From the NCBI GenBank assembly GCA_040766725.1, contig JAXGPZ010000001.1, forward strand, positions 2,721,529-2,785,528: a DNA stretch of 64,000 nt, read 5' to 3'. Both the position numbers and the translations under genes were made by a program. Shown one piece after another: positions 40,018 through 50,143 of the stretch (positions are counted from its first letter, which is position 1; each line of letters begins with the position of its first letter). Below the pieces are notes generated by a model. The model was not told the DNA's origin. It searched no databases and was given only the letters and a program-made list of their open reading frames with translations. The stretch comes from Anaerolineae bacterium (lineage in GTDB: Bacteria; Chloroflexota; Anaerolineae; UBA1429).

Positions 40018-41445
40018 TCAACGCTGAGACGCCGCCCCCACGCGGCGGGCTTGCATGGGGCGGCCGATCCGCTCGGGCGTGGCTGACGAAGGCCGGCCCG
40101 CGAGCCGATTCTTGACCTCGATGATCTGCTGCCGAATGGTGTCATCCTCGTCATAGAGGGCGGCCAGTTTGTCGCAGGCATAGAGCGCCGTGGTGTGATC
40201 GCGCCCGCCGAACGACTGCCCGATCTGCGGATAGGAAAGGCCCAGCAGATCGCGCACCAGGTACATGGCCACCTGCCGGCAGAGGGCGATGTTCTGGCTG
40301 CGCCTGCGGCCCAAGAGCTGCTCGCGTGTCACCCCGAAATACTCGCACGCCACTCGTTGCACGTCATCGACGGTCACGCGCGGAGCAGGCATCGCCGTTT
40401 CGCCCAGGGCGCGTTCGACGGTGGCGAGCGTGAGTGGCTCGCCCAGCATGCTCGCGTAGGCCGTCACCCGGGTGAGGGCGCCCTCGAGCTCGCGGATGTT
40501 GGACTCGATCTGGCTGGCAATGGCCTCGAACACTTCGTTGGGCACGAACAAGCCCTGGGTCTCGGCCTTGGTGGCCAGGATGGCCATGCGCGTCTCGAAA
40601 TCGGGCGCCTTGACGTCGGCGATCAGCCCCCACTCAAAGCGCGAGCGCAGCCGCTCTTCGAGGCTGATGAACGCCTTGGGCGGTCGATCGCTCGACAGCA
40701 CGATCTGACGGTTCTCTTGATAGAGATCGTTAAAGGTGTGAAAGAACTCTTCTTGAGTGGCGTCCTTGCTGATCAGGAACTGGACGTCATCGAGCAGCAA
40801 CAGCTCGATGGTGCGGTACTTGGCACGGAACTCGTCGGTGGTCCGCAGGCGGATGGCGTTGATAAGGTCGTTGGTAAAAGTCTCGGTCGAGACATAGAGC
40901 GTGCGCAGACCGCGCGAAACCGCGCGGTTGCCGATGGCGTGCAGCAGGTGGGTCTTGCCCAGCCCGGCGCCGCCGTAAATGAACAGCGGGTTATAGGCCT
41001 GGCCGGGCTTTTCGGCCACAGCGAGGCTGCCGGCGTGCGCCAACCGGTTCGACTGTCCGACGACAAAGTCGTCAAAGGTGTAGCGCGGGTTGAGGTGGCT
41101 ATCTTTGGGATCGGTGCCGCCCAGGGCCGGGTTCTCGATGAGCTCCTGTTGCCCCGCCCAGATGGGCCCCGAGAGCGGCTCGGCCTCGTCGACGGGGCCA
41201 TTGCGCTGCACCACAAAGCGGAGCGTGACGGTGCGTCGGGCCACAGCCGAGGCGGTGCGCTGGATGTCGCCATACATGCGGCCCTCGAGGTAGCTCTGGG
41301 CGAACGCGTTGTGCACCCCCACCACCAGCACGCCGTCCTCGTACGATAGCGCGCGCGTGTCGCGCACCCAGGTATCGAACGTAGGACGTTCGAGCTGTAG
41401 TTGCAGTTGGCCCAGCGTCGCCTGCCAGACCTGGTATGCATCCAT
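40018..41445 (-). CDS. dnaA: chromosomal replication initiator protein DnaA
   Basis: Walker A GGAGLGKTHLL, Walker B LLLLDDVQF, sensor/arginine finger and C-terminal HTH (GGRDHTTALYA). Confidence 0.95.
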   Translation of the reverse strand: MDAYQVWQATLGQLQLQLERPTFDTWVRDTRALSYEDGVLVVGVHNAFAQSYLEGRMYGDIQRTASAVARRTVTLRFVVQRNGPVDEAEPLSGPIWAGQQELIENPALGGTDPKDSHLNPRYTFDDFVVGQSNRLAHAGSLAVAEKPGQAYNPLFIYGGAGLGKTHLLHAIGNRAVSRGLRTLYVSTETFTNDLINAIRLRTTDEFRAKYRTIELLLLDDVQFLISKDATQEEFFHTFNDLYQENRQIVLSSDRPPKAFISLEERLRSRFEWGLIADVKAPDFETRMAILATKAETQGLFVPNEVFEAIASQIESNIRELEGALTRVTAYASMLGEPLTLATVERALGETAMPAPRVTVDDVQRVACEYFGVTREQLLGRRRSQNIALCRQVAMYLVRDLLGLSYPQIGQSFGGRDHTTALYACDKLAALYDEDDTIRQQIIEVKNRLAGRPSSATPERIGRPMQARRVGAASQR

Positions 41446-41860
41446 CGGTCATCATCCCCCACTATGGTGCCGCAGTGACCTCGACCTGCCACATCGGCGT
41501 ACACTCCAGACCGACGGTGACCAGGGCCGGGTGCGTGAGGGCTCCGGCCTCGAAACCGTCTCATCTGGACACGGCCTTCGCAGCAGTCTGGCAGGTAGGC
41601 CAGGGCTGTGCCGATGGCGCCGACAGGGTGTACGTAAAGAGCACCTGCTCGCGGTCAGAGACGCCCAACCGCGAGCCGTTGCGGTGTTCTCTTCCCACAG
41701 CCCAGAGATAGGCTGTTGGTGGCGGTCGGCCTGCGATGAGACGTCCGCCACCGAATCGCCCTGATCATACCAGGAGCCAGCCGAGATGACAAGGGGTGCG
41801 CCTAACGACCGTCAGATTGTCGAGCGGTGCGGTAGGCAATACCACAACGCCTAGGCGGCC

Positions 41861-41896
41861 GCGCGCGCCCCGCCCACAAGGCGTGGGCGCGCGCGT
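41861..41896. repeat. long GC palindrome (GCGCGCGCCCCGCCCAC aag GCGTGGGCGCGCGC)
   Basis: Imperfect hairpin of about 16 bp in the 530-bp ORF-free region between the TspO-like gene end and the dnaA start. Confidence 0.45.
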
Positions 41897-41975
41897 GACG
41901 CCGACGGGACCGACCTACGAAAAGAAAGTGCCTTCGGAAATTTACGCAGCGGCCAAACTAAACGTCTTGTTCATG

Positions 41976-42761
41976 CTACTCTGCAGCCAGCGGCGCAGGC
42001 TTGGGGCGCTTGCCCCAAACGAGCCCCGCCACCAGCCCGGCGGCAGCGAGCGCCGCGCACACCAGGGCCACAATGGCCGCAGCCGTACGCCCCTCCACAC
42101 CTCTGTTCTGCATAAAAACGCCGACAAAGGCCCAGACGATTACCAGGTTGAACAGCCAATCGCGCCGCAGCAGCGAGACGGCCGCCGACAGCCCGGTGCC
42201 CACCAGCAGCATGATCACGGCCCAGTCGGTGTCGCGCAGGCCCCAGCGGGCCCAGTCCAGATCGATCAGCAGCGCCGAGGCGTTGGCGATGGTGGCCACG
42301 CAGATCCAGCCGAGATAGATACTGAACGGCGCCCGCACCAACCATTGCACCAGCGGCCTGACGCGCCTCATGCCGGTGCCCAGGCGCACATAGATCAGCA
42401 ACAGCGTCACCAGGATGACGACCATCAACACCATGGCTGCGCTGATCCACTCCATGTGCCAGCAGGGCATCCAGATGGCGTTGGCCACCAAGTTGATGGC
42501 AAAAAGCAGGCCGATCTGCCGCTGAAAGGGCTCCTCAGCGGTCGAGGCCAGCGCCTGGTAGACGACATAGATCAGCAACCAGAGATAGATGACGCCCCAG
42601 ATGCGGAACACGTAGGGCGCTGGCGTGAACACGGCATTGATCGCGTTCGACACATCGCCGGTAGTGTTGCCGCCAAAGCGCAACACGTTCGCCAGACCAT
42701 TGACCACCAACGCCAGCACGAACGCACCCACATTGATCCATCGTCTCGTCGTCGGTTTCAT
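41976..42761 (-). CDS. Trp-rich polytopic membrane protein, TspO/MBR-like (putative)
   Basis: GGGAGGAG before ATG at 42761. 261 aa, many Trp, and a PAPYVFRIWGVIYLWLL block reminiscent of TspO. Confidence 0.5.
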   Translation of the reverse strand: MKPTTRRWINVGAFVLALVVNGLANVLRFGGNTTGDVSNAINAVFTPAPYVFRIWGVIYLWLLIYVVYQALASTAEEPFQRQIGLLFAINLVANAIWMPCWHMEWISAAMVLMVVILVTLLLIYVRLGTGMRRVRPLVQWLVRAPFSIYLGWICVATIANASALLIDLDWARWGLRDTDWAVIMLLVGTGLSAAVSLLRRDWLFNLVIVWAFVGVFMQNRGVEGRTAAAIVALVCAALAAAGLVAGLVWGKRPKPAPLAAE

Positions 42762-42914
42762 GGCCGCTCCTCCCACCGCAGCATCTCGTCCGTGGCCACT
42801 TGTTCGTTGAGCATACCGTGATCGCGCCCGGGGTGCAACGGCCTCGTGCAAATGCCCGTGGGGAACCTTCTTCTCTTGACTCCCGTCTAGAGTGAAACAC
42901 AAATGGGAGGAGCT

Positions 42915-44336
42915 ATGAAGAATTCCCTCTGTCTCGTTATTGCTCTCATCTTGCTGACGATCACCCCGCTGGCCGTGGCCGCTGATACGCCTACGGCCGT
43001 CTCGGCCCCAGTTGACACTGCAGGCGCCGTGTATGTCGTTCAGCCAGGCGACTGGCTCAGCAAGATCGCCGCATCTCTGCTCGGCGACCCGCTGCGCTTT
43101 ACCGAGATCGTCACCGCCACCAACGAGCGCGCCCAGACCGCGGGCGATGTGGACGCCATCGCCGACCCCAACCGCATCGAGGTTGGCCAGCGCCTGTGGG
43201 CGCCGGGAGACAGTGTGGCGCTGTGGGCGCAGCTCCAAAAGGCCACGCTCAACAGCGAATGGGTCGAGCAGCCCGTCAGCCTGGTGAACGGCGCGGCCAG
43301 CGTCGCGGCCGTTCCGGGCTCGGCGAGCAAGGTCGAGATCAGACTGATCGGCGCTACCTATGCCGATCTTGACGGCGATAGCCACAGCGACGTTGCGGCT
43401 GTGGTGGCCACCGATCCAGGAGGCAGCGGCACCTTTTACACGCTCGAGGCCTTTCTGAGCCAGGGCGACGCGCTGGTGCACACCGCGACGCACCTGTTGG
43501 GCGACCGTATTCGCCTGCAGAGCCTCTCGGCCGGAGGGGGCATCGTCAGCGTGAACATGCTGACCGCGGGGCCCGACGACCCGCTCTGTTGCCCGAGCGC
43601 GCCGGCCACCAAGACGCTGCGCCTGGAGAGCGGCGCCTGGACAGAGGCGGTGGCCGACTGGGCCTACAAGGGCGCTGCGCCTTCGGCGGGCTGCTGCGGG
43701 CGCGACCTCTCGCTCTATCTGGACGTTGACGGGCAGGCTCACCTCAAGACCGACTTTATGAATGGCGAACCGCCTGTCGTCGTCGATGGCACCTGGGAGT
43801 ATGCGGGGGATGCTGTCAAAGTTGTGCTCACCACTCAGGATGGCAAGCCCCTGGCCGAGCCGCAGACCCATAGCCTGGCGATCAAGGGCAACGCGCTCCT
43901 CTCGCAAGATGGCGCACTGCCGACGCTGACAGCCTTCGCGTCAATGGCGTGGGATCGCCTCGACCCGCCGTATGACGCCACGGCGATGGCGTCGCGGTTC
44001 AAGGCGGGTGAGTACACGGGAGCCTACAAGGCCTATCTGCCGGCGGCGTCGTGCTGCGGGCAGGACATCACTCTCTACCTGAACCAGGATGGCACGGCGC
44101 GCGAGGTGACCGACTATATGAACGGCGATGAGCCGATCGCCGACCTTGGCACGTGGCAGAAAGACGCCCAGGGCGTGACCGTCACATTCACCTCGATGGA
44201 GGGCGGCCAGGCGTTCGCCGATCCGGTGGTGAAGCGGCTGCTGCCTCACGATGGAGTGCTCGTGTCGCAAGAGACGGTGCCCGAGGCCTGGGGCTATCGC
44301 TTTTACGCCTTTGAGGGCCTGGCCGCTGCGCGGTAG
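42915..44336 (+). CDS. secreted LysM-domain protein with cysteine-motif repeat domains
   Basis: GGGAGGAG before ATG. Signal peptide. LysM (YVVQPGDWLSKIA...). Repeated CC(G/P) motifs. Confidence 0.7.
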   Translation: MKNSLCLVIALILLTITPLAVAADTPTAVSAPVDTAGAVYVVQPGDWLSKIAASLLGDPLRFTEIVTATNERAQTAGDVDAIADPNRIEVGQRLWAPGDSVALWAQLQKATLNSEWVEQPVSLVNGAASVAAVPGSASKVEIRLIGATYADLDGDSHSDVAAVVATDPGGSGTFYTLEAFLSQGDALVHTATHLLGDRIRLQSLSAGGGIVSVNMLTAGPDDPLCCPSAPATKTLRLESGAWTEAVADWAYKGAAPSAGCCGRDLSLYLDVDGQAHLKTDFMNGEPPVVVDGTWEYAGDAVKVVLTTQDGKPLAEPQTHSLAIKGNALLSQDGALPTLTAFASMAWDRLDPPYDATAMASRFKAGEYTGAYKAYLPAASCCGQDITLYLNQDGTAREVTDYMNGDEPIADLGTWQKDAQGVTVTFTSMEGGQAFADPVVKRLLPHDGVLVSQETVPEAWGYRFYAFEGLAAAR

Positions 44337-44551
44337 CACTGACGGGCGCCGTCATATGACGCTGGTCACGGGCGATAGGTGACTGTTGCTACCTGCCCAG
44401 CCTGGGCAGACAGTGTATCATGCAAGTGTGAGGGAACCCGGGCGACAGACAATGCCCGCAACCACACATCTTCTCCTCAGTGCTAGCCCCTGCAGAGCTT
44501 GTGCCTGCAGGGGCTATGCATAGAAAGCACTCGGCGCTACAGGCATCTTTA

Positions 44552-44580
44552 TTGTGCCTGAACAGATCCCGGTGTATAAT
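44552..44580 (+). promoter_or_regulatory. sigma70-like promoter (TTGTGC-N17-TATAAT)
   Basis: Perfect -10. The downstream 5'UTR carries an 8-bp hairpin (GGTGGCCC tcg GGGCCACC) before AGAGGAGG. Confidence 0.55.
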
Positions 44581-44639
44581 GAGGACGCGTTTGCGGTGGC
44601 CCTCGGGCCACCAGGTAGAACGGCAAAGAGGAGGTTCTT

Positions 44640-45590
44640 ATGTTGAGGTTCGCAGACAAGCAAGTGTTGCCCGGCCTTCGTCGGGCACTGCCAGTGGTCC
44701 TATCGCTGGCGCTGGTGTTGAGTGGCCTGGGCGGCCTGGTGGCCCTGGCCGAGGAGGCCGCCGTCGAGGTGGCCGAAGTCGGAACGTTCAGTGGCACGCT
44801 GCCTGGCAACCGTGACACCGGCTCGTTTGCGGTGTATGAGGTTTCCTACGCGGGCGCCGAGCTGTTGACGGCTACGGTGACGCCGCTCTATCGCGATGCC
44901 AGCCAGGGCCCTGCCTTTGGCATGAAGCTCTATCTGCCTGATGGCAGCGCCGTCAAGGACATCACCCGTGCCGATGGCGCCTACAAAGAGGTGCTCTACA
45001 CCGGTGACGCCGCCACGCTCTTCCTGCAGGTGTTCAACTACAGCGCCGATGCCGTGTCGTTCGACCTCAAGGTCGACGGCGCCACGGCCGTGACGCCGGT
45101 GGTGGCTGAGGAGCCGGCGGCTGAGCAGCCGGCGACTGAGCAGCCAGCGGCTGAAGAAGCGGCGGCTGAGGAGCCGGCGGCTGAGCAGCCGGCCGCTGAA
45201 GAAGCCGTCGCTGAGGAAGAGGTCGCTGCTGAGGAGCCGGCCGCCCCAGTAGCCGAAGAGGCCACTGAGCTGCCCGAGGGTGTTCTCGCCACGGGCGTGC
45301 TGGTGGGCGAGAGCAACGGCGCCTATGTTGAGGCCACTGTGGTTTCCACGAGCGCCGACGAGGACCTGACGATCACTCTCGAGACCGTGCCTCTGGATCC
45401 GTCCTTTGGCAAGGCCTCTGGGTTTGTGGTCTATGGCGCCGAGGGTAGCCTCGTCGCGCGCGGCATCTCTGACGGCAAGGGCGGCTTTAGCGCCACCTTC
45501 TCTGGTGACGTCGACGAGTCGTTCCTGGTGCAGGTGTACAACTATGCCGCCGGCCAGCCGCTGGCCTACACCCTGAAGGTAGCCCAGTAG
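44640..45590 (+). CDS. secreted two-domain protein with acidic (PAAEE)n linker; paralog of the next gene
   Basis: Signal peptide. Two homologous domains of about 100 aa, each ending in a (V/L)(Q)(V/L)(F/Y)NY motif. E/A/P-rich repeat linker. Confidence 0.6.
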   Translation: MLRFADKQVLPGLRRALPVVLSLALVLSGLGGLVALAEEAAVEVAEVGTFSGTLPGNRDTGSFAVYEVSYAGAELLTATVTPLYRDASQGPAFGMKLYLPDGSAVKDITRADGAYKEVLYTGDAATLFLQVFNYSADAVSFDLKVDGATAVTPVVAEEPAAEQPATEQPAAEEAAAEEPAAEQPAAEEAVAEEEVAAEEPAAPVAEEATELPEGVLATGVLVGESNGAYVEATVVSTSADEDLTITLETVPLDPSFGKASGFVVYGAEGSLVARGISDGKGGFSATFSGDVDESFLVQVYNYAAGQPLAYTLKVAQ

Positions 45591-45729
45591 TCACCTGCGG
45601 CCGCCTCAGCAGAGGCGCCATAGTACAAGCTGTTTCGGAGAGAGAGACGGCGCCTGTGCACAGGCGCCGTCTTGCGTATGATAGGAGGGCCATGGCTGGC
45701 CTGTGTCGGCTCCATCGAAAGGAGTGCAT

Positions 45730-46542
45730 ATGCCATCGCTACGATGTCGCTGGGTGTTGGCAGCGCTGATGCTGTTGACGGTGGTGTTCGTCACCCCCGT
45801 CGCATCCGCCGAAGAGACGCACCCTCTGGGAGCAGCGCCCATCAGCGCCACGCTGCGCGGCAATCCCTATGCGGGCGCCTATCACCTCTATGAGATCCAG
45901 TACCCCGGTGGGAATGTCGACCTGCTCATCCGCGTGCGCAGCCTGACGGGCGATGTGGTGGCCGAGCAGGCCTTTGGCCTTGTGCTCTACCGGCCCTACG
46001 CCGGCCCCCTCGAGGCGGGCGTGACGGCCGGCGGCGCCTATCGTGAGGTGGGCTACTCGAGCCCCGATGCCGGCGTGCTGACGGTGCAGCTCTACAACTT
46101 TTCGCGCATGGCCATCACCTACGAGCTGGCGGTCGTCGGCCTGGAGCCCGCCGATGGCAGCGCTGCGCTGTTGACCGAGCCCACCGCTCCCGAGGCGCCG
46201 GCCCCGGCTGAGGTGATCGCTGACGAGGGCGGCGTGACCACCCTGCAGGGCGCGCTGGTGGGCGACCGCGCCGGCAGCTTTGCCGCATACCGCCTCGAGG
46301 CCGTGGCCGGCGAACAGCTCACCATCACCATGGAGAACCTGCCCATCGACCCTGCCTTTGGGCAATCGATCGGCTTTCGCATGTATGGGCCCGATGGCAA
46401 GCTGGCGGCCAAGGGCGTCGAGATGCGCCCATTCTACTGGTGGGATACCCTGATGGCGCCGCTCACCGGCGAGTATACGCTGCAGGTGCACAACTATGCG
46501 CCGGGTGTCACGCTGACCTACAACCTCAACATCGAACGCTAG
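45730..46542 (+). CDS. secreted two-domain protein, paralog of 44640..45590
   Basis: AAAGGAG before ATG. Same two-domain layout (LTVQLYNF..., LQVHNYAPG...) and an Ala/Pro/Glu linker. Confidence 0.6.
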   Translation: MPSLRCRWVLAALMLLTVVFVTPVASAEETHPLGAAPISATLRGNPYAGAYHLYEIQYPGGNVDLLIRVRSLTGDVVAEQAFGLVLYRPYAGPLEAGVTAGGAYREVGYSSPDAGVLTVQLYNFSRMAITYELAVVGLEPADGSAALLTEPTAPEAPAPAEVIADEGGVTTLQGALVGDRAGSFAAYRLEAVAGEQLTITMENLPIDPAFGQSIGFRMYGPDGKLAAKGVEMRPFYWWDTLMAPLTGEYTLQVHNYAPGVTLTYNLNIER

Positions 46543-46556
46543 CAGCTCACGACGTC

Positions 46557-46596
46557 CTCGGGGCGCGCTCGGGCGCTGTGGGGGGCGGGCCCCGAG
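46557..46596 (+). terminator. hairpin terminator candidate (CTCGGGGC...GCCCCGAG)
   Basis: 8-bp GC stem after the paralog stop. The T-tract is weak. Confidence 0.3.
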
Positions 46597-46606
46597 CTCG
46601 GCCCTG

Positions 46607-46636
46607 TTGCCTTGGCCGACCCTCTCACGCTACAAT
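46607..46636 (+). promoter_or_regulatory. sigma70-like promoter (TTGCCT-N18-TACAAT)
   Basis: Upstream of the GH38 gene, and followed by AGGAGGAG. Confidence 0.45.
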
Positions 46637-46663
46637 GCGGACAGAGCCCGCAGGAGGAGCAGC

Positions 46664-49468
46664 ATGGTCGAGCCGCGCGTGTTGATGTTCGTCTCGCACA
46701 CTCACTGGGATCGCGAGTGGTACGAGCCCTTTGAGGGCTTTCGTCTGCGGCTGGTGCGCCTGGTGGACCGTCTGCTCGACCTGCTCGAGGGCGACCCGGC
46801 CTACCGCTACTTTATGCTCGACGGCCAGACGGTCGTGCTCGATGACTATCTCGAGGTGCGGCCCGAGAACGAGGGCCGCCTGCGCGCCCTGGTCATGGCC
46901 GGACGGCTACTGATCGGCCCTTTCCACATCTCGCCTGACGAGTTTCTGGTGTCGCCCGAATCCACCGTGCGCAACCTGTTGCGCGGGCGCGCCACGGCGG
47001 CCCGCTTTGGCGGCGAGATGCGGCTGGGCAACATCGCCGACCCCTTTGGGCACATCAGTCAGATGCCGCAGATCATGCGCGGCTTTGGCATGGACACGAT
47101 GGCGTTCTGGCGCGGTGTGGCCGACCTGCCCAACGAGTTCACCTGGCGCAGCCCCGATGGCAGCGAGGTGCTGGTGCTGTTCGAGCGCGACGGCTACAGC
47201 AACGCCAGCGAGATGCCTCCCGACCCCGACGCTTTTGTGGCGCGCACACGGCGGATCATCGCCAGCCTGGCGCCTACGGCCACCACGCCCTACTTGCTGG
47301 CCATGAACGGCTCGGACCATGTGGAGCCGATGCCCGCGCTCCCCACTCTGCTGGCCCATGCGCAGACCGCCCTGCCCGAGATCGAACTGGTGCATGGCAC
47401 GCTGCCGCAGTTTGTGGCTGCCGTGCGCGCGGCGGGGCCCGAGCTGGTGACGGTCGAGGGCGAGCTGCGCTCGGGCAAGGCCGCGCCGCTCTTGCCCGGG
47501 GTGCTCTCGGCGCGCGTGTGGCTCAAGCAGCGCAATGCCGCCTGCGAGCACCTGCTCACTCACTGGGCCGAGCCGTACTCAGCGCTCGCGGATGCGCTGG
47601 GCGCCGACACGCCCCTCAAGCACCAGGCCGGCGTCGTGCGTTCGATCTGGAAGACGCTGCTGCTCAACCATCCCCACGATTCGATCTGCGGCTGCAGCCT
47701 CGATCAGGTCCACAAAGAGATGGACGTGCGCTTTGACCGGGTGGAGCAGGCGGCCGAGCGCCTCGTGGGCCAGAACCTGAGCGCGCTGGCAGGCCTGTTG
47801 GATACGCGCCATGCCGGGCCCCTGTCGGTGGCGGTGTTCAACCCTTCGACCTGCGCCCGCACCGACTGTGTCGAGGTGGCCGTGCCGCTGCCGGCCGATC
47901 TCGCCACGGTCGCCATGCGCTGCGACGACGAGATCCAGTTGGTGACGCTGCTGGGCACGCTCCAGGAGCCGGTATGGGATGGCCCCGTGACGCCAGGGGT
48001 GGCCGAGTTTGTGATGGGCATGATCACCGCCGGCTGGCGCGGCCTACAGGTGCAGCGTGTCGACGTGCAGCCCGAGGGCAACCCACCGCGCGTGGATGCC
48101 TGGCTGGGGCTGGCGGCCCCGACCGATCCCGCCGTCGTGCAGGCGCAACTCGAGGCCGCGCAGGCGCTGTTGGCCACCCAGCCCCCAGCGCTCTACATGC
48201 ACGTCGAGCAAGAGCCGCAAGCGGTGGTGCGCTTTGTCGCTCGCGACGTGCCGGGCATGGGCTGGAAGACCTACGAGGTGCTGCCTCAGACCAGCAGCTC
48301 GCGCCCGCCGTATGAGCGTCAGGGCGTGGCCGAGAACGAGTTCGTGCGCATCGAGCTGGCCGGCGACGGCACACTGACGCTCACCGACCTGCAGAGCGGG
48401 CAGGCATATGGCGGCCTCAACCGCATCGTCGATGAGGGCGACCGCGGCGACACCTACAACTATTGCCCCGTCGAGCACGGCTATGCCGTGACCGCCAGCG
48501 CGGTGACGGGGGCGCGCGTCCAGGTAGAGCCCTGTGGCCGCCAGACCCTCTCGTACGAGCTGAGCTGCCGGGTGCCGGCCAGCCTGGGCGCCACTCGCAA
48601 GCAGCGCTCCAACGAATGGGTCGAGCTCCCCATCCGCTGCCGCGCCACGGTCGCGCCGGGCGTGCGCCGCGTCGACATCGAGACGGTGCTGGCCAACGAC
48701 GCCCGCGATCACCGCGTGCGCGCTCACTTTCCCGTGCCGGTCGAGGCGGACACGTTCGAGACCGAGGGCCACTGGGATGTGATTGTTCGCCCGCTCGAGC
48801 TGCCGGCCGAGACCGACGACTGGGTCGAGCAGCCCATCGGCACCCACCCACAGCGCCGCTGGAGCCGCCTGGCGGTGGATGGCGTGGGCCTGGTGCTGGG
48901 CAACAACGGCCTGCCCGAGATCGAAGCGCTGCCCACACCCGAGGGCGCCGAGCTAGCCCTGACCCTGCTGCGGTCGGTGGGCTGGCTCTCGCGCGATGAC
49001 CTGGCCTCGCGCCCCACCCACGTGGGCCCCGAAGTGCCCACGCCGGCGGCGCAGTGCCTGGGGCCCATCACCTGTCGCTACTGCCTGGCGCCGGTGAGCG
49101 CCTGTGCTGACGGCGATGTGGAGCTGGCCCTGGGCCATGCATTGCCGCTGCGGGCGGCGCTGGCCACCGCCTTCCCCGGCGTCCTGCCGCTACAGGGCGC
49201 CTTTGTGCGGCTCGAGCCGCTCGGCCTCGAGCTCTCGGCCCTCAAGGCCGCCGAGGATGGCGACGGGCTGATCGTGCGCTTTTGGAATCGCGGCGACACC
49301 CCCACCACAGCGCGCCTCACCTTCTGGCAGACGCCGCTATCGGCCGACCGCTGCCGGCTCGACGAGACCGTCATCGCTCCGCTAGAGATCGATGCCCAGG
49401 GCGCGCTCGCCATCGCGGCGGGCCCCAAAGAGGCCATCACCGTTCGCGTGCGCGTGCAGGCAGCCTGA
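46664..49468 (+). CDS. glycoside hydrolase family 38 alpha-mannosidase-like protein
   Basis: N-terminal FVSHTHWDREW (GH38 metal/catalytic block). About 935 aa. Confidence 0.85.
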   Translation: MVEPRVLMFVSHTHWDREWYEPFEGFRLRLVRLVDRLLDLLEGDPAYRYFMLDGQTVVLDDYLEVRPENEGRLRALVMAGRLLIGPFHISPDEFLVSPESTVRNLLRGRATAARFGGEMRLGNIADPFGHISQMPQIMRGFGMDTMAFWRGVADLPNEFTWRSPDGSEVLVLFERDGYSNASEMPPDPDAFVARTRRIIASLAPTATTPYLLAMNGSDHVEPMPALPTLLAHAQTALPEIELVHGTLPQFVAAVRAAGPELVTVEGELRSGKAAPLLPGVLSARVWLKQRNAACEHLLTHWAEPYSALADALGADTPLKHQAGVVRSIWKTLLLNHPHDSICGCSLDQVHKEMDVRFDRVEQAAERLVGQNLSALAGLLDTRHAGPLSVAVFNPSTCARTDCVEVAVPLPADLATVAMRCDDEIQLVTLLGTLQEPVWDGPVTPGVAEFVMGMITAGWRGLQVQRVDVQPEGNPPRVDAWLGLAAPTDPAVVQAQLEAAQALLATQPPALYMHVEQEPQAVVRFVARDVPGMGWKTYEVLPQTSSSRPPYERQGVAENEFVRIELAGDGTLTLTDLQSGQAYGGLNRIVDEGDRGDTYNYCPVEHGYAVTASAVTGARVQVEPCGRQTLSYELSCRVPASLGATRKQRSNEWVELPIRCRATVAPGVRRVDIETVLANDARDHRVRAHFPVPVEADTFETEGHWDVIVRPLELPAETDDWVEQPIGTHPQRRWSRLAVDGVGLVLGNNGLPEIEALPTPEGAELALTLLRSVGWLSRDDLASRPTHVGPEVPTPAAQCLGPITCRYCLAPVSACADGDVELALGHALPLRAALATAFPGVLPLQGAFVRLEPLGLELSALKAAEDGDGLIVRFWNRGDTPTTARLTFWQTPLSADRCRLDETVIAPLEIDAQGALAIAAGPKEAITVRVRVQAA

Positions 49469-49470
49469 TC

Positions 49471-50076
49471 GTGCCCGATCACTTTGATCTGCTGGCCCCG
49501 CTCTACGAGCGAGTGATACGCCCGCCCGACGCCGAGGCGCTGCGGAGCGTGTTGCGGCTGCCGCCCCGCGAGGCGCCCTGCGAGGACTGCTGGCTGCTCG
49601 ACGCCGGCGGCGGCACGGGCCGCGTGGCGGCGCGCCTGCAGCCCTACGTGGGCCACTATGTGGTCTGCGATGTGGCCCACGGCATGCTGCTCCAGTCTGC
49701 CCAAAAGGGCGGGCTGCTGCCGGTGCGCTCCCGTGTACAACGCCTCCCCTTTGCCGACGGCGCCTTTCACCGTATCGTCGTGGTAGACGCGCTGCACCAC
49801 TTTGGCGACCAGGAGGCGGCCATCGACGAGCTGCTACGCGTGCTGCGGCCGGGTGGCCGCCTGGTGATCGAGGAGCCAGACATCGGAGCGCGCCGCGTCA
49901 AACTGATCGCCCTGGCCGAGAAACTGGCGCTCATGCGCAGTCGCTTCTGGTCGCCTGAGCAGATCATGGCCGCCTTGCGCGCGCGAGGCTGCCATCCCTG
50001 GATGCGACGCCGTGACGCCCTGACCGTGTGGGTGGGCGTCGACAAGCCCGGGCCGCACCTGGCCGAGTCGGGCTGA
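49471..50076 (+). CDS. class I SAM-dependent methyltransferase
   Basis: LLDAGGGTG SAM-binding motif. The GTG start lies 2 nt after the GH38 stop. Confidence 0.65.
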   Translation: MPDHFDLLAPLYERVIRPPDAEALRSVLRLPPREAPCEDCWLLDAGGGTGRVAARLQPYVGHYVVCDVAHGMLLQSAQKGGLLPVRSRVQRLPFADGAFHRIVVVDALHHFGDQEAAIDELLRVLRPGGRLVIEEPDIGARRVKLIALAEKLALMRSRFWSPEQIMAALRARGCHPWMRRRDALTVWVGVDKPGPHLAESG

Positions 50077-50143
50077 ACCGGCCCGGCCGGCTCGGGCCTG
50101 CGGTCGCAATCTTGGGCCGCGACACACCTCAAGGAGCTGCGAC

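Noticed and set aside
40195-41349. 384-aa plus-strand ORF antisense to dnaA
   Set aside because: dnaA is unambiguous on the minus strand. The antisense frame is a high-GC artefact.
41446-41975. Canonical DnaA boxes / oriC next to dnaA
   Set aside because: No TTATCCACA-like 9-mers, even allowing one or two mismatches, were found by eye. Reported as a finding about their absence, not as an origin call.
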